A stretch of DNA of 64,000 bases from the IMG/VR virus record IMGVR_UViG_3300021978_000001, positions 128,001 through 192,000 of that record. One strand, written 5' to 3'. The DNA is from a virus. Its lineage: Duplodnaviria > Caudoviricetes. Positions 18,649 to 26,101 of the stretch are shown piece after piece. Position 1 is the first letter of the stretch; the number at the start of each line of letters is the position of its first letter. Made by a program: the position numbers and the translations under genes. A model generated the notes under the pieces. That model was not told the origin of the DNA, did no database searches, and saw nothing but the letters and a program-made list of their open reading frames with translations.

Positions 18649-18799
18649 TGGTCGCGGACACTGCCTGTTGATTCAGGTGCTCGACCAGGTTCGATCGCAG
18701 TGAGGTTAGAAGCCTGTGCGCGTCGTCTTTGCCAAGAGTTGAAGAGTGATGAAGTCCTCAACGTGGCCCCGGTCATCACTCCGGGACTCCAGATCCGCG
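18649..18799 (-). ncRNA. candidate structured tRNA/tmRNA-like ncRNA
   Basis: Terminal stem CGCGGAT/GTCCGCG + ACCA; pseudoknot CCCGG/CCGGG with AGTGATGA/TCATCACT; AGG-CTTCTAA-CCT hairpin; CCTG/CAGG hairpin. Confidence 0.55.
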
Positions 18800-18801
18800 A
18801 G

Positions 18802-18875
18802 TCGGGATAACAGGATTTGAACCTGCGACCTCTGGTCCCCCAGACCAGCGCGCTGCCAAGCTGCGCCATATCCCG
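18802..18875 (-). tRNA. trnP: tRNA-Pro(GGG)
   Basis: Cloverleaf, loop CTGGGGG. Confidence 0.95.
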
Positions 18876-18906
18876 ATCGAGAGGTACAACCACCTCTCAT
18901 AGTCGT

Positions 18907-19584
18907 CTATTCCGCGTCCGCCGCAAGAAGTCCCAGCACGCGCGATAGCATGACAGCTTCAGGTATACGCACCTGATTGAACATCCTGAGCCAGAGGTGC
19001 ATGTATCCTTCGGCATGCAACGCGATAAGAAGTGCTGCCAGTGCCGCTTGCTTCGGGAGCTGATAACCTTCCTCATGCTCCACGAAGACTTCACGCAACC
19101 AGATCTCAGCGTCATGCATCGTCAAGTCACCTGATTGCAAGGCTTGACGAAGCTCAGACACATACTCAGAACGCTGGAGCGCCACCAGGATGCCGCGCGG
19201 CGAAGAAAGGTAGATGAAGGTGCTCGTGAGATCGTTGAGGCTCTCACAAGCCGCGTCAAGACGTTGCAAGCACTTTGGGGTCTCATAGCCGAGACGCCTT
19301 CGGTGCTGTGTGTTGATGGGAAAAGGCGTAAGCTCTTCCAAGGCTACGGAACGTCCGAGCCTCTCCTCGAAACATCCCAGGCAAATGATACCTCCCAGAC
19401 GGTCCGCAGGTTGCATGACTTCGAGCCACAGGTCATTGCGGACCATGAACTCGTCTTCGATCTCGGTATCTCGCTGACACACCTGACAACAGAACACATA
19501 CTCGTCATCCTCACCTGCATCACGTCGCCAAACACCAGGTCGGACGCGCTCCCAACCCTGAGCTTCTCTTTCTTCTGCACGCAT
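18907..19584 (-). CDS. hypothetical protein with N-terminal Zn-binding motif
   Basis: CQVC ... ICLGCFEERLGR; SD GGAGGT. Confidence 0.75.
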   Translation of the reverse strand: MRAEEREAQGWERVRPGVWRRDAGEDDEYVFCCQVCQRDTEIEDEFMVRNDLWLEVMQPADRLGGIICLGCFEERLGRSVALEELTPFPINTQHRRRLGYETPKCLQRLDAACESLNDLTSTFIYLSSPRGILVALQRSEYVSELRQALQSGDLTMHDAEIWLREVFVEHEEGYQLPKQAALAALLIALHAEGYMHLWLRMFNQVRIPEAVMLSRVLGLLAADAE

Positions 19585-19624
19585 CGCTTACCTCCGAGCG
19601 TCGGTTCCCTCATGTTATAGAGGA

Positions 19625-19653
19625 TGCATACCACAAAAGCAAGACCGTGTAAA
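19625..19653 (-). promoter_or_regulatory. sigma70-like promoter
   Basis: TTTACA-N17-TATGCA, TGG before -10. Confidence 0.5.
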
Positions 19654-19658
19654 AGGAG

Positions 19659-20102
19659 TTATTCGGTATCGAGATCTGGATTGAGATCAGTCTCGGGGAG
19701 GGACTCGACCGTGAAGAGGCGACGCCCGATAGAGTGATAGTCCATGCGCCTACGAAGGGGCTCGACCATGCGCTCTGCAATATGCTCACGTCCATGGTGA
19801 TTCGCGATCATGCGACTTAACCAGCTCTGCCATTCATGATCGCGACGCTCTGCTTGAGGCAATGTGCCGATGCCTTGCGCGAGCGCGTCTCCGAGCACGG
19901 TGCGCACGTACACATCCCGAACGTAATGCCTATGCCGTGACATCGCAGGAGAGTCGAAAGGCTCATCGCTGTCGAGCCAGATCGCCTCATCCAAAATACC
20001 CGCAAGCGTCAGAGCTTGATCCCACAAGCCTCGGTTCATCATCGAACGCAGATCCCCGAAAGTCAGCGCACGCACGTCTTCGGCTGACCAGAGGTCACTC
20101 AT
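19659..20102 (-). CDS. hypothetical protein
   Basis: Start placed at MSDLW. Confidence 0.65.
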   Translation of the reverse strand: MSDLWSAEDVRALTFGDLRSMMNRGLWDQALTLAGILDEAIWLDSDEPFDSPAMSRHRHYVRDVYVRTVLGDALAQGIGTLPQAERRDHEWQSWLSRMIANHHGREHIAERMVEPLRRRMDYHSIGRRLFTVESLPETDLNPDLDTE

Positions 20103-20775
20103 CGCTTCCGTCGCTTTCCGTAATCTCGAAGAGAGGAGCAAAGACGCGATGAAACTTAACTGGTTGCTCTTGTAGGGACTGCTTCGTGACTTGGCGTAGA
20201 CGATCGGCCTCCCTCATTTCAGCGTTGGCGCGAATGCGTTGCTGCACGGTGAGCACTTCTGAGGGAGCAGGGATGCAAACCGCGTCGGGATACCTCTCGG
20301 AGCGCCAACGTGCGAGCGCCTCGCGCAACCCAGTGACGTAATCCTCCATATCCTCGGGAGAAACGTTCGTCACGCAAGAGGTGCTTGGGATACGCGAAGT
20401 CGTCACGTTCTTACACGTCACGTTCTCAGCAAGCCAACACTTGCGCGCTTTCTGTTGCCTTTCCACGTAGGAAAGCTCCTTGCTTGCTTTCTCGCTGGTC
20501 TCATCGTTGACTTCCGCACACGTATCCGAGAGCTTCGCAGAGAAAGCCTTTGTGGCCTCGGTCGCACCCGAAAACGAAAAACCCCAGCATTCCATGGCAC
20601 GTGTTGCGATCTCTAGCGATAAACGCCTGACCGCTTCAGGGTTTGAGACCTTGCCCTCACCTTCGCAACCCGTGCAAGGATTCTCGACGGTCACCAAGCC
20701 CACATACTTACCCTGACCATCGCAACGGTCACAACGTTTATACAGATCCTCAAGCTCCCAACTACCCTTACCCAT
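20095..20775 (-). CDS. hypothetical protein with N-terminal DnaJ-type zinc finger
   Basis: CDRCDGQGKYVGLV...CTGCEGEG; SD GGAGG. Confidence 0.75.
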   Translation of the reverse strand: MGKGSWELEDLYKRCDRCDGQGKYVGLVTVENPCTGCEGEGKVSNPEAVRRLSLEIATRAMECWGFSFSGATEATKAFSAKLSDTCAEVNDETSEKASKELSYVERQQKARKCWLAENVTCKNVTTSRIPSTSCVTNVSPEDMEDYVTGLREALARWRSERYPDAVCIPAPSEVLTVQQRIRANAEMREADRLRQVTKQSLQEQPVKFHRVFAPLFEITESDGSDE

Positions 20776-20806
20776 AACTATCCTCCGCGTTTCATGTGAT
20801 CAAAAA

Positions 20807-20898
20807 GAGCCGGGTGGGACTCGAACCCACGACATACCGCTTAAAAGGCGGATAGGACCATCCCCGCATGTGCGAGGAACAATAGCCCCACCCGGCAG
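20807..20898 (-). ncRNA. tRNA-Lys(TTT)-like RNA with 25-nt hairpin motif inserted in the D-loop
   Basis: Anticodon arm CCGC-CTTTTAA-GCGG, T-arm GTGGG-TTCGAGT-CCCAC, D-stem GGGC/GTCC around an expanded loop, imperfect acceptor stem. Confidence 0.7.
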
Positions 20899-20922
20899 CG
20901 TGCCTCACAAAGAGGCACCACC

Positions 20923-21315
20923 TTAGATGCTCGTTTCTGTGCTTCGCTCAAGGCGCCAGGGGTGATTGTCCCTGCGCAACAGAGGATACCCTGTCCCCGC
21001 TTCATCCTGCAACCAGAAGTGAGCATAAGGCACAGACACCATGTCGAACGTCAACCAAAGCGGACCCGACACAGGTTCTTCGCCCGTTGCCTCGTGGCGT
21101 GAAATCCCGCATTCGAGATCCCGTCGCGCCTTGATGCCCATACGCCCGAGGTCTGTCGAGGCTGTGCGGGCCAGCCAGATCACTGCAAGATCCTGTGCGT
21201 CTTCGAGTGTGGCACATTCTCCCAGCGCGTGAACAGGACGATGCCGCTTGCGCTCGGAGCGCTTGGCGCCCTCGGTCGTGTCACGGCGGGAGAGATCGAC
21301 GATGTGATACTTCAT
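20923..21315 (-). CDS. hypothetical protein
   Basis: 130-aa ORF. Confidence 0.65.
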   Translation of the reverse strand: MKYHIVDLSRRDTTEGAKRSERKRHRPVHALGECATLEDAQDLAVIWLARTASTDLGRMGIKARRDLECGISRHEATGEEPVSGPLWLTFDMVSVPYAHFWLQDEAGTGYPLLRRDNHPWRLERSTETSI

Positions 21316-21367
21316 GGTGATGTTGTGCTAGAAGGTGAGAAAAGTGAGCGCGCTCCTCGCCGCAATT

Positions 21368-21586
21368 TCAAGGTGCATACACACCAGGAAACCTGTAGAC
21401 CGCTTCAAGGTCGTCGGAAGCCACACCGGCGTACTGTCGATCAAACAAGTAACGCAGGCTATCTAGGAGAACCAGGTTACTCACCTGGGGGCTTTCCCGA
21501 CGAGGAGCAAACGCTCGGTGTCTCCTGATCAATGGAGACACTACCTGTATACCAGAAGAGGCGCAGACCGTAAAAGGAAAGTTCAA
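21368..21586 (-). CDS. possible small hypothetical protein (true start likely downstream of the 21546 promoter)
   Basis: Only ORF filling the gap. Confidence 0.3.
   Translation of the reverse strand: MNFPFTVCASSGIQVVSPLIRRHRAFAPRRESPQVSNLVLLDSLRYLFDRQYAGVASDDLEAVYRFPGVYAP
21546..21574 (-). promoter_or_regulatory. sigma70-like promoter
   Basis: TTTACG-N17-TATACA, TGG before -10. Confidence 0.55.
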
Positions 21587-21909
21587 CCTTTCTTGAAAAA
21601 ACCTGCGAACATGCTCGCGTGTGCCAGGTTCTTCCCCACGAGCGTCACCTCGCGTGGATCTCCCCCACGGTCCACATCGCGATCATCGTAGAGACAGATC
21701 AGGGCCTCTTCCATGCTCTCGATCACACCGAGCTGGTCGAGCGTCTCGCGATCCTTGCCCGTGCGATACGCGAAGCTCACGAACATGCCGTCATCCTCGA
21801 ACTCACACGAGACCACAGCGGCGGGCCAGAGCGTGCGCACGAAGGCGACCCACTCGCGGACCGTGTAGTCTCTCGGGTCTGAGATGACGTAATCGAAGCC
21901 TCCGATCAT
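21583..21909 (-). CDS. hypothetical protein
   Basis: 108 aa, coupled overlap. Confidence 0.7.
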   Translation of the reverse strand: MIGGFDYVISDPRDYTVREWVAFVRTLWPAAVVSCEFEDDGMFVSFAYRTGKDRETLDQLGVIESMEEALICLYDDRDVDRGGDPREVTLVGKNLAHASMFAGFFKKG

Positions 21910-22475
21910 TCCTCTTCTCCGTGTAACTCATCCCATAACTCGGGGAGCTGTCGATTCAGTTCGTAATGCATGAGCGCCTCGCGCCCCGCCAGGGTGATGT
22001 ACTGGAAGTTGTCGTTTCGGATCTCACTCAACCCCGCCTGGAGCAGCTCACCCACCACATGGTGGATAGGCTTGAGCGGGAACCCCGCCGCCGCGTTGTA
22101 GAACGCCCACTGCCCATCCTCATAGACATGAACATGCTGCTTGTGCTCCGTCTCCTCGACGAGGGCACACAGCGTCTCGCTATCCAAGCCTCCATGCTGA
22201 TAAAGGAAGCCAAGGACCTTGTAATGTACAGGGAGAGGATCACGAAGCCCGTCTTGTCCCTCGGGTTTGGACTCGTCTTGAGGCTCGATCAAGGTCATAT
22301 CTCCCGCGTCCGCAGGAGGATCGTCATTGGGATCGAGCAGCGTGAGCTTACCCTTGTCCCAGTTGAGCTGGCGGACACGCTTCACGAAGCGCTGGCGCGT
22401 CCTGGGCATGTAAATCCCCATCCCCACCGCGACAAGGAAGATCAGCAATACGGCACATGCCAGGATAGGCGTCAC
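21906..22475 (-). CDS. membrane-anchored hypothetical protein, possible C-terminal wHTH
   Basis: N-terminal TM; ELLQAGL...YITLAGREAL wing-like motif. Confidence 0.7.
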   Translation of the reverse strand: MTPILACAVLLIFLVAVGMGIYMPRTRQRFVKRVRQLNWDKGKLTLLDPNDDPPADAGDMTLIEPQDESKPEGQDGLRDPLPVHYKVLGFLYQHGGLDSETLCALVEETEHKQHVHVYEDGQWAFYNAAAGFPLKPIHHVVGELLQAGLSEIRNDNFQYITLAGREALMHYELNRQLPELWDELHGEEE

Positions 22476-22490
22476 GATCGCACCTCTAAA

Positions 22491-22922
22491 TCAGAACGAG
22501 CACTCAAAGCGATAATGCTTGACCTCACCCTCATGACTGACAAAGGTACAGAACGTACCTGACGCTGCTTCAGCTCCGAAATACGCGAGGTATACCTCCG
22601 CATCACCGTAACCATCCTCCTCATAAAAGCGGTTCTTCAGTTCCACATAAGGGTCTCCGCTTTTGCGATCTGGGTCCGATGAGGGCACCAGGATCAAGGT
22701 GTTGCGCCCCAAACGCCTTATCCAAGCGTATTGCGCGACCGAAACCAGAATCAGATAAGGAGGACAGCTTCGGATTTCTTCGAGAAACCCAGAGAGCGTC
22801 ACCAACTCAGGAAGCGCCTCGGGATTTTCGGCAGTCATCAAAAGACGAGCAAACTCCAGATCGGAGTACACCCTCCCTTGCGCGTTCTCTACGTTGGACT
22901 TGTGTAGCTGAAAATGGTTCAT
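22491..22922 (-). CDS. hypothetical protein
   Basis: SD CAGGAG before MNHFQ. Confidence 0.7.
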   Translation of the reverse strand: MNHFQLHKSNVENAQGRVYSDLEFARLLMTAENPEALPELVTLSGFLEEIRSCPPYLILVSVAQYAWIRRLGRNTLILVPSSDPDRKSGDPYVELKNRFYEEDGYGDAEVYLAYFGAEAASGTFCTFVSHEGEVKHYRFECSF

Positions 22923-22965
22923 ATTGAACTCCTGTAATATGCCCACCCTTCCGAGGGGCGATGTA

Positions 22966-23040
22966 TGGGCTAGGTGGGAATCGAACCCACAACCTTCGGA
23001 TTAAGAATCCGCTGCTCTGACCTAATTGAGCTACCAGCCC
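22966..23040 (-). tRNA. trnK: tRNA-Lys(CTT)
   Basis: Cloverleaf, loop TTCTTAA. Confidence 0.95.
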
Positions 23041-23047
23041 TCGGGGA

Positions 23048-23077
23048 AATGTACCATACCAATCGGCATGGCGTCAA
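23048..23077 (-). promoter_or_regulatory. sigma70-like promoter for tRNA-Lys
   Basis: TTGACG-N18-TACATT. Confidence 0.6.
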
Positions 23078-23141
23078 GCGGTATCGAACTTATAAGCAAC
23101 CTCATTAACCAGCAAGGTTAACTCATAGTAAGAGGTTCGAG

Positions 23142-23762
23142 ATGCCAAGCAAAAACAATACACAACATGTCGCTGAATGGCGCCGTCGCACAAAAGAGAA
23201 AGCAACCATCTACAAAGGAGGCGCTTGTATCGTGTGCAACTACAATCGTTGCCCCGCAGCAATGGATTTTCACCATCTGGATGAGGCTCAAAAATCCTTT
23301 TCGATAAGTCGCTCCGGCTTGTGCCGGGCCTGGCTCACCACAAAGGCCGAACTCGACAAGTGCGTCTTGCTTTGTAACCGCTGTCACGCCGAACATCACC
23401 ATGGTGATTTAGACTTGAGCGAACACCTCCACAAATCACCAACCATCGAAGAGGGAGATCAGGCGCTCCGTGACGCAGGGTATGACCCTTATTATGCCCT
23501 TGGCATGAAAGTCAGCTTCCACGAAGGGACTCTTCATGTGGCCCCAAAAGGGCCGAACACCTGTGTGGACTGCTCGGTGAGCATCACGAAGGGTTCTACC
23601 CGATGTCGAACATGCGCAAGCTACAAGCAACCCACAAAGATCACCTGGCCTTCCATCAGCGAATTGAAAAGCCGCCTCGCTTCTACCTCTTACAGCGCGC
23701 TCGCGCGTGAGTTGGGAGTGAGTGACAATGCTATACGCAAGCGTCTCAAGAATCATCAGTAG
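23142..23762 (+). CDS. free-standing HNH homing endonuclease with Zn finger and C-terminal HTH
   Basis: GGACIVC..MDFHH..KCVLLCNRCHAEHH; CVDC..CRTC; SYSALARELGVSDNAIRKRL. Confidence 0.9.
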   Translation: MPSKNNTQHVAEWRRRTKEKATIYKGGACIVCNYNRCPAAMDFHHLDEAQKSFSISRSGLCRAWLTTKAELDKCVLLCNRCHAEHHHGDLDLSEHLHKSPTIEEGDQALRDAGYDPYYALGMKVSFHEGTLHVAPKGPNTCVDCSVSITKGSTRCRTCASYKQPTKITWPSISELKSRLASTSYSALARELGVSDNAIRKRLKNHQ

Positions 23763-23835
23763 CTCTGGGAGCAGGACTCGAACCTGCAACCTCTGTGTTA
23801 ACGGCACAGCACTCTACCAGTTGAGTTATCCCAGA
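23763..23835 (-). tRNA. trnN: tRNA-Asn(GTT), C33 variant
   Basis: Cloverleaf, loop CCGTTAA, G73. Confidence 0.9.
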
Positions 23836-23843
23836 ATAAAACA

Positions 23844-23926
23844 TGCGCCGGGCAGGACTCGAACCTGCACGCTCCTAAGAGACCTGATTTACAGTCAGGG
23901 GGGCCAGCCGATTGCCCAACCGACGC
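23844..23926 (-). tRNA. trnY: tRNA-Tyr(GTA)
   Basis: Class II cloverleaf, loop CTGTAAA. Confidence 0.9.
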
Positions 23927-24478
23927 TCAAGCGCTAACCACGTTGCTCGCGACGTTACCCGCGACCTCGCTCTCTTCCTGAGCAGGCGCCACATGTTGCC
24001 GAATGACCTCGATCAATCGAACCTGTGATGCCGTCAGGATGCGGTTGTCCTCCAGGTACTTGAGGATGACCCGCGTCGATTCCTTGTAGGACTCGGTGGG
24101 CGCATCCATCACATTGGAGAGACGATCTGCGAGCTTGATGGTTAACGCATACTTGCTCATCGCGGCCATCTTCTTGCAGAGATACGGCGTCTTGCCAATC
24201 TCCTTGATCTCCTCCGGGTCACTCGTCAACTCCGCCACGAGTTGCGCCACGAGGGGTGTAAACTCCCTCGCGAGTTCCTCGATCGTCGTATCCGTGTCCT
24301 CGACCGTATCGTGGAGCAGGCACGCGGCCATCAGCTCCTCGATGCGTTTCGAGGTCTTGTGCTCCTGGAGAAGAAACGCCACGGTGGTGGGATGCACGAC
24401 ATAGGGCAAGCCTGTGACCTTGCGTACCTGGCCATCGTGACGTTCTGCTGCGAATTGAAGCGCTTTGAGCAAGAGCAT
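23927..24478 (-). CDS. HD-domain (p)ppGpp hydrolase-like protein (small alarmone hydrolase/Mesh1-like)
   Basis: FAAERHDGQVRK..PYVVHP, LLHDTVEDT, IKLADRLSN RSH hydrolase motifs. Confidence 0.9.
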   Translation of the reverse strand: MLLLKALQFAAERHDGQVRKVTGLPYVVHPTTVAFLLQEHKTSKRIEELMAACLLHDTVEDTDTTIEELAREFTPLVAQLVAELTSDPEEIKEIGKTPYLCKKMAAMSKYALTIKLADRLSNVMDAPTESYKESTRVILKYLEDNRILTASQVRLIEVIRQHVAPAQEESEVAGNVASNVVSA

Positions 24479-24543
24479 GTCTTATCCTCCGTTGAAAGGG
24501 TTCAAGACCTGCTCTCGATGCGTCAGGTCCACCTACATTCATA

Positions 24544-24572
24544 GGTGTACCGTATTACTATTAACTTGTCAA
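24544..24572 (-). promoter_or_regulatory. sigma70-like promoter
   Basis: TTGACA-N17-TACACC. Confidence 0.45.
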
Positions 24573-24596
24573 AGAACATTCTTACAAAGAATGCAG

Positions 24597-24668
24597 TGCC
24601 CTCTCGGGGAGTCGAACCCCGTCCTCAAGCTCTTCAGGCAAGCGCTCTTCCAGTTAAGCTAAGAGGGC
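24597..24668 (-). tRNA. trnF: tRNA-Phe(GAA) with two U-U mismatches in the anticodon stem
   Basis: Cloverleaf, CTTGC-CTGAAGA-GCTTG. Confidence 0.85.
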
Positions 24669-24671
24669 ATG

Positions 24672-24726
24672 AAAAAACCCGGGCCACCTTGTTCCTCTTC
24701 TGTAGAGAGGTTGGGGTGGCCCGGGT
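24672..24726 (-). terminator. intrinsic terminator
   Basis: 12-bp stem acccgggccacc/ggtggcccgggt followed by T6. Confidence 0.7.
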
Positions 24727-24760
24727 CTAAACACGCTGTGCAACATCGTACAACAAGGCG

Positions 24761-24814
24761 TCAGGAGATCGGGCCTCCCGTAAAGTATACCTTATTGTAT
24801 TTATAGCTGCGCAT
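24761..24814 (-). CDS. possible 17-aa micropeptide MRSYKYNKVYFTGGPIS
   Basis: Strong purine-rich SD AAAGGAAGG upstream; sits before a terminator. Confidence 0.35.
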   Translation of the reverse strand: MRSYKYNKVYFTGGPIS

Positions 24815-24905
24815 GACTTGTGTTCCTTCCTTTGCAGGATACGTTCGTGAATCGAAAGGTATAACGCGCCCTACCCAGGGTCTATTCCGTGGACTCGAAC
24901 TTTTT

Positions 24906-25640
24906 TCAGTCTGTCGAATCTTCAGACGTATCTTCGGGCGTGTCTTCGGGTAAGGGCATGTCCGCGACCGCGTTGCAGTGCATGACGTAACCAAGCTCCC
25001 AACGCGCGGCATCTGCCGTGGCCCCGTGGCCCGACAACCAACCAGACTTCGCGACGTAGCACTGGTCTTCCTCGCTCCACCCGCACTCATGGTCGCCCAG
25101 CATCTCGATGTACTCGGGGCGGACCGAGGTTTTGGGGAAGCATTGCGAGTCACCACAGAAGTCGCAGGATTCCATCAGCTCGAACCACGCCACACGACGA
25201 CGCACCTCCCAGGCATCCGGTCCTGTGAGCGAGATGAGGCTTGCAGGGAAATTCTCCGCCTGCGCGCGGAACGCGATCTCTTCGCCGGGCACCTCAGAGA
25301 CATCGACACCGATCTCATCCGCCAGCGCGTCGAGGTAGTCATCGGAGACCATCTCACGGGTGAGCTGCGGACCGAGATACGTGAAGCGCCATCCCGTATA
25401 CAGCTCGCCGTTCTCCAGCTCCTTGTCTTCCAGGTGCTCGTACCACATGTGAACAGGGCGGACCCACAGCGTGTCCAGCTCATCGAAAGGGCGGTAAGCC
25501 ACCAGGGGCGTCTGGTCTTCGCTGTGCTTGCCTACCCCCTCGCTCCAGTAGAGCTGCCCCTTGAAGTGGCGGTAGTAACCGCGTGGGATATTCTCGGGAC
25601 ATTGCGGGGTCAACTCATCAAGTGCCTTGTACTCGGTCAT
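24906..25640 (-). CDS. DUF1653-domain protein with C-terminal extension
   Basis: YYRHFKG.LY...KHSED..LVAY..WVRP..MW; start at MTEYK. Confidence 0.8.
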   Translation of the reverse strand: MTEYKALDELTPQCPENIPRGYYRHFKGQLYWSEGVGKHSEDQTPLVAYRPFDELDTLWVRPVHMWYEHLEDKELENGELYTGWRFTYLGPQLTREMVSDDYLDALADEIGVDVSEVPGEEIAFRAQAENFPASLISLTGPDAWEVRRRVAWFELMESCDFCGDSQCFPKTSVRPEYIEMLGDHECGWSEEDQCYVAKSGWLSGHGATADAARWELGYVMHCNAVADMPLPEDTPEDTSEDSTD

Positions 25641-25669
25641 GATCTTCCTCTTTTCCTCTGTCAGGGTCG

Positions 25670-26092
25670 TCACTCTTTCCAATCGTCGTAGAACTCGAAC
25701 GTGTAGTACATGTTCCCTTCGGGGTCGTAGACGGGCGCCGGGTCGAAGATCACGCGATACAAGCCCGCGAGCTGTACCAGATCCTCCAGGGTGTTGATCT
25801 CCACGTAATGCGTCCCATGTGACTCGGGCCACTCGTGCAGTCTGCGTGGGTTTCCCGTGGCAGGATCAGGTGTCTCCTCGACATCACCCTTTTTGGCCCA
25901 CTGTTTGTAGTAGGTGCTGTTCGGCCTGTAGGGTCTGAAGTCCCCGAACTTGGAAACGCCATACACATCATAGTAGTAACACCCCGCAGGGAGCGCGTGA
26001 CGCTCCAGGGGCAGGCTGTCCAGATGCTCGAACGACGCTGCGGTGGGCGTGCCAGAGAGAATGAGACGGACGGGGGGCTTGGATGCAGACAT
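25670..26092 (-). CDS. hypothetical protein
   Basis: 140 aa, SD GAGGT. Confidence 0.7.
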   Translation of the reverse strand: MSASKPPVRLILSGTPTAASFEHLDSLPLERHALPAGCYYYDVYGVSKFGDFRPYRPNSTYYKQWAKKGDVEETPDPATGNPRRLHEWPESHGTHYVEINTLEDLVQLAGLYRVIFDPAPVYDPEGNMYYTFEFYDDWKE

Positions 26093-26101
26093 GGGGCCAC
26101 C

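Noticed and set aside
18745-18790. Hammerhead ribozyme or C/D box from the TGATGA motif
   Set aside because: No CUGANGA/GAAA/UH core and no D box; TGATGA is explained by pairing with TCATCA
24888-24905. GTTCGAGTCC T-loop-like remnant after the DUF1653 gene
   Set aside because: No T-stem or acceptor pairing around it
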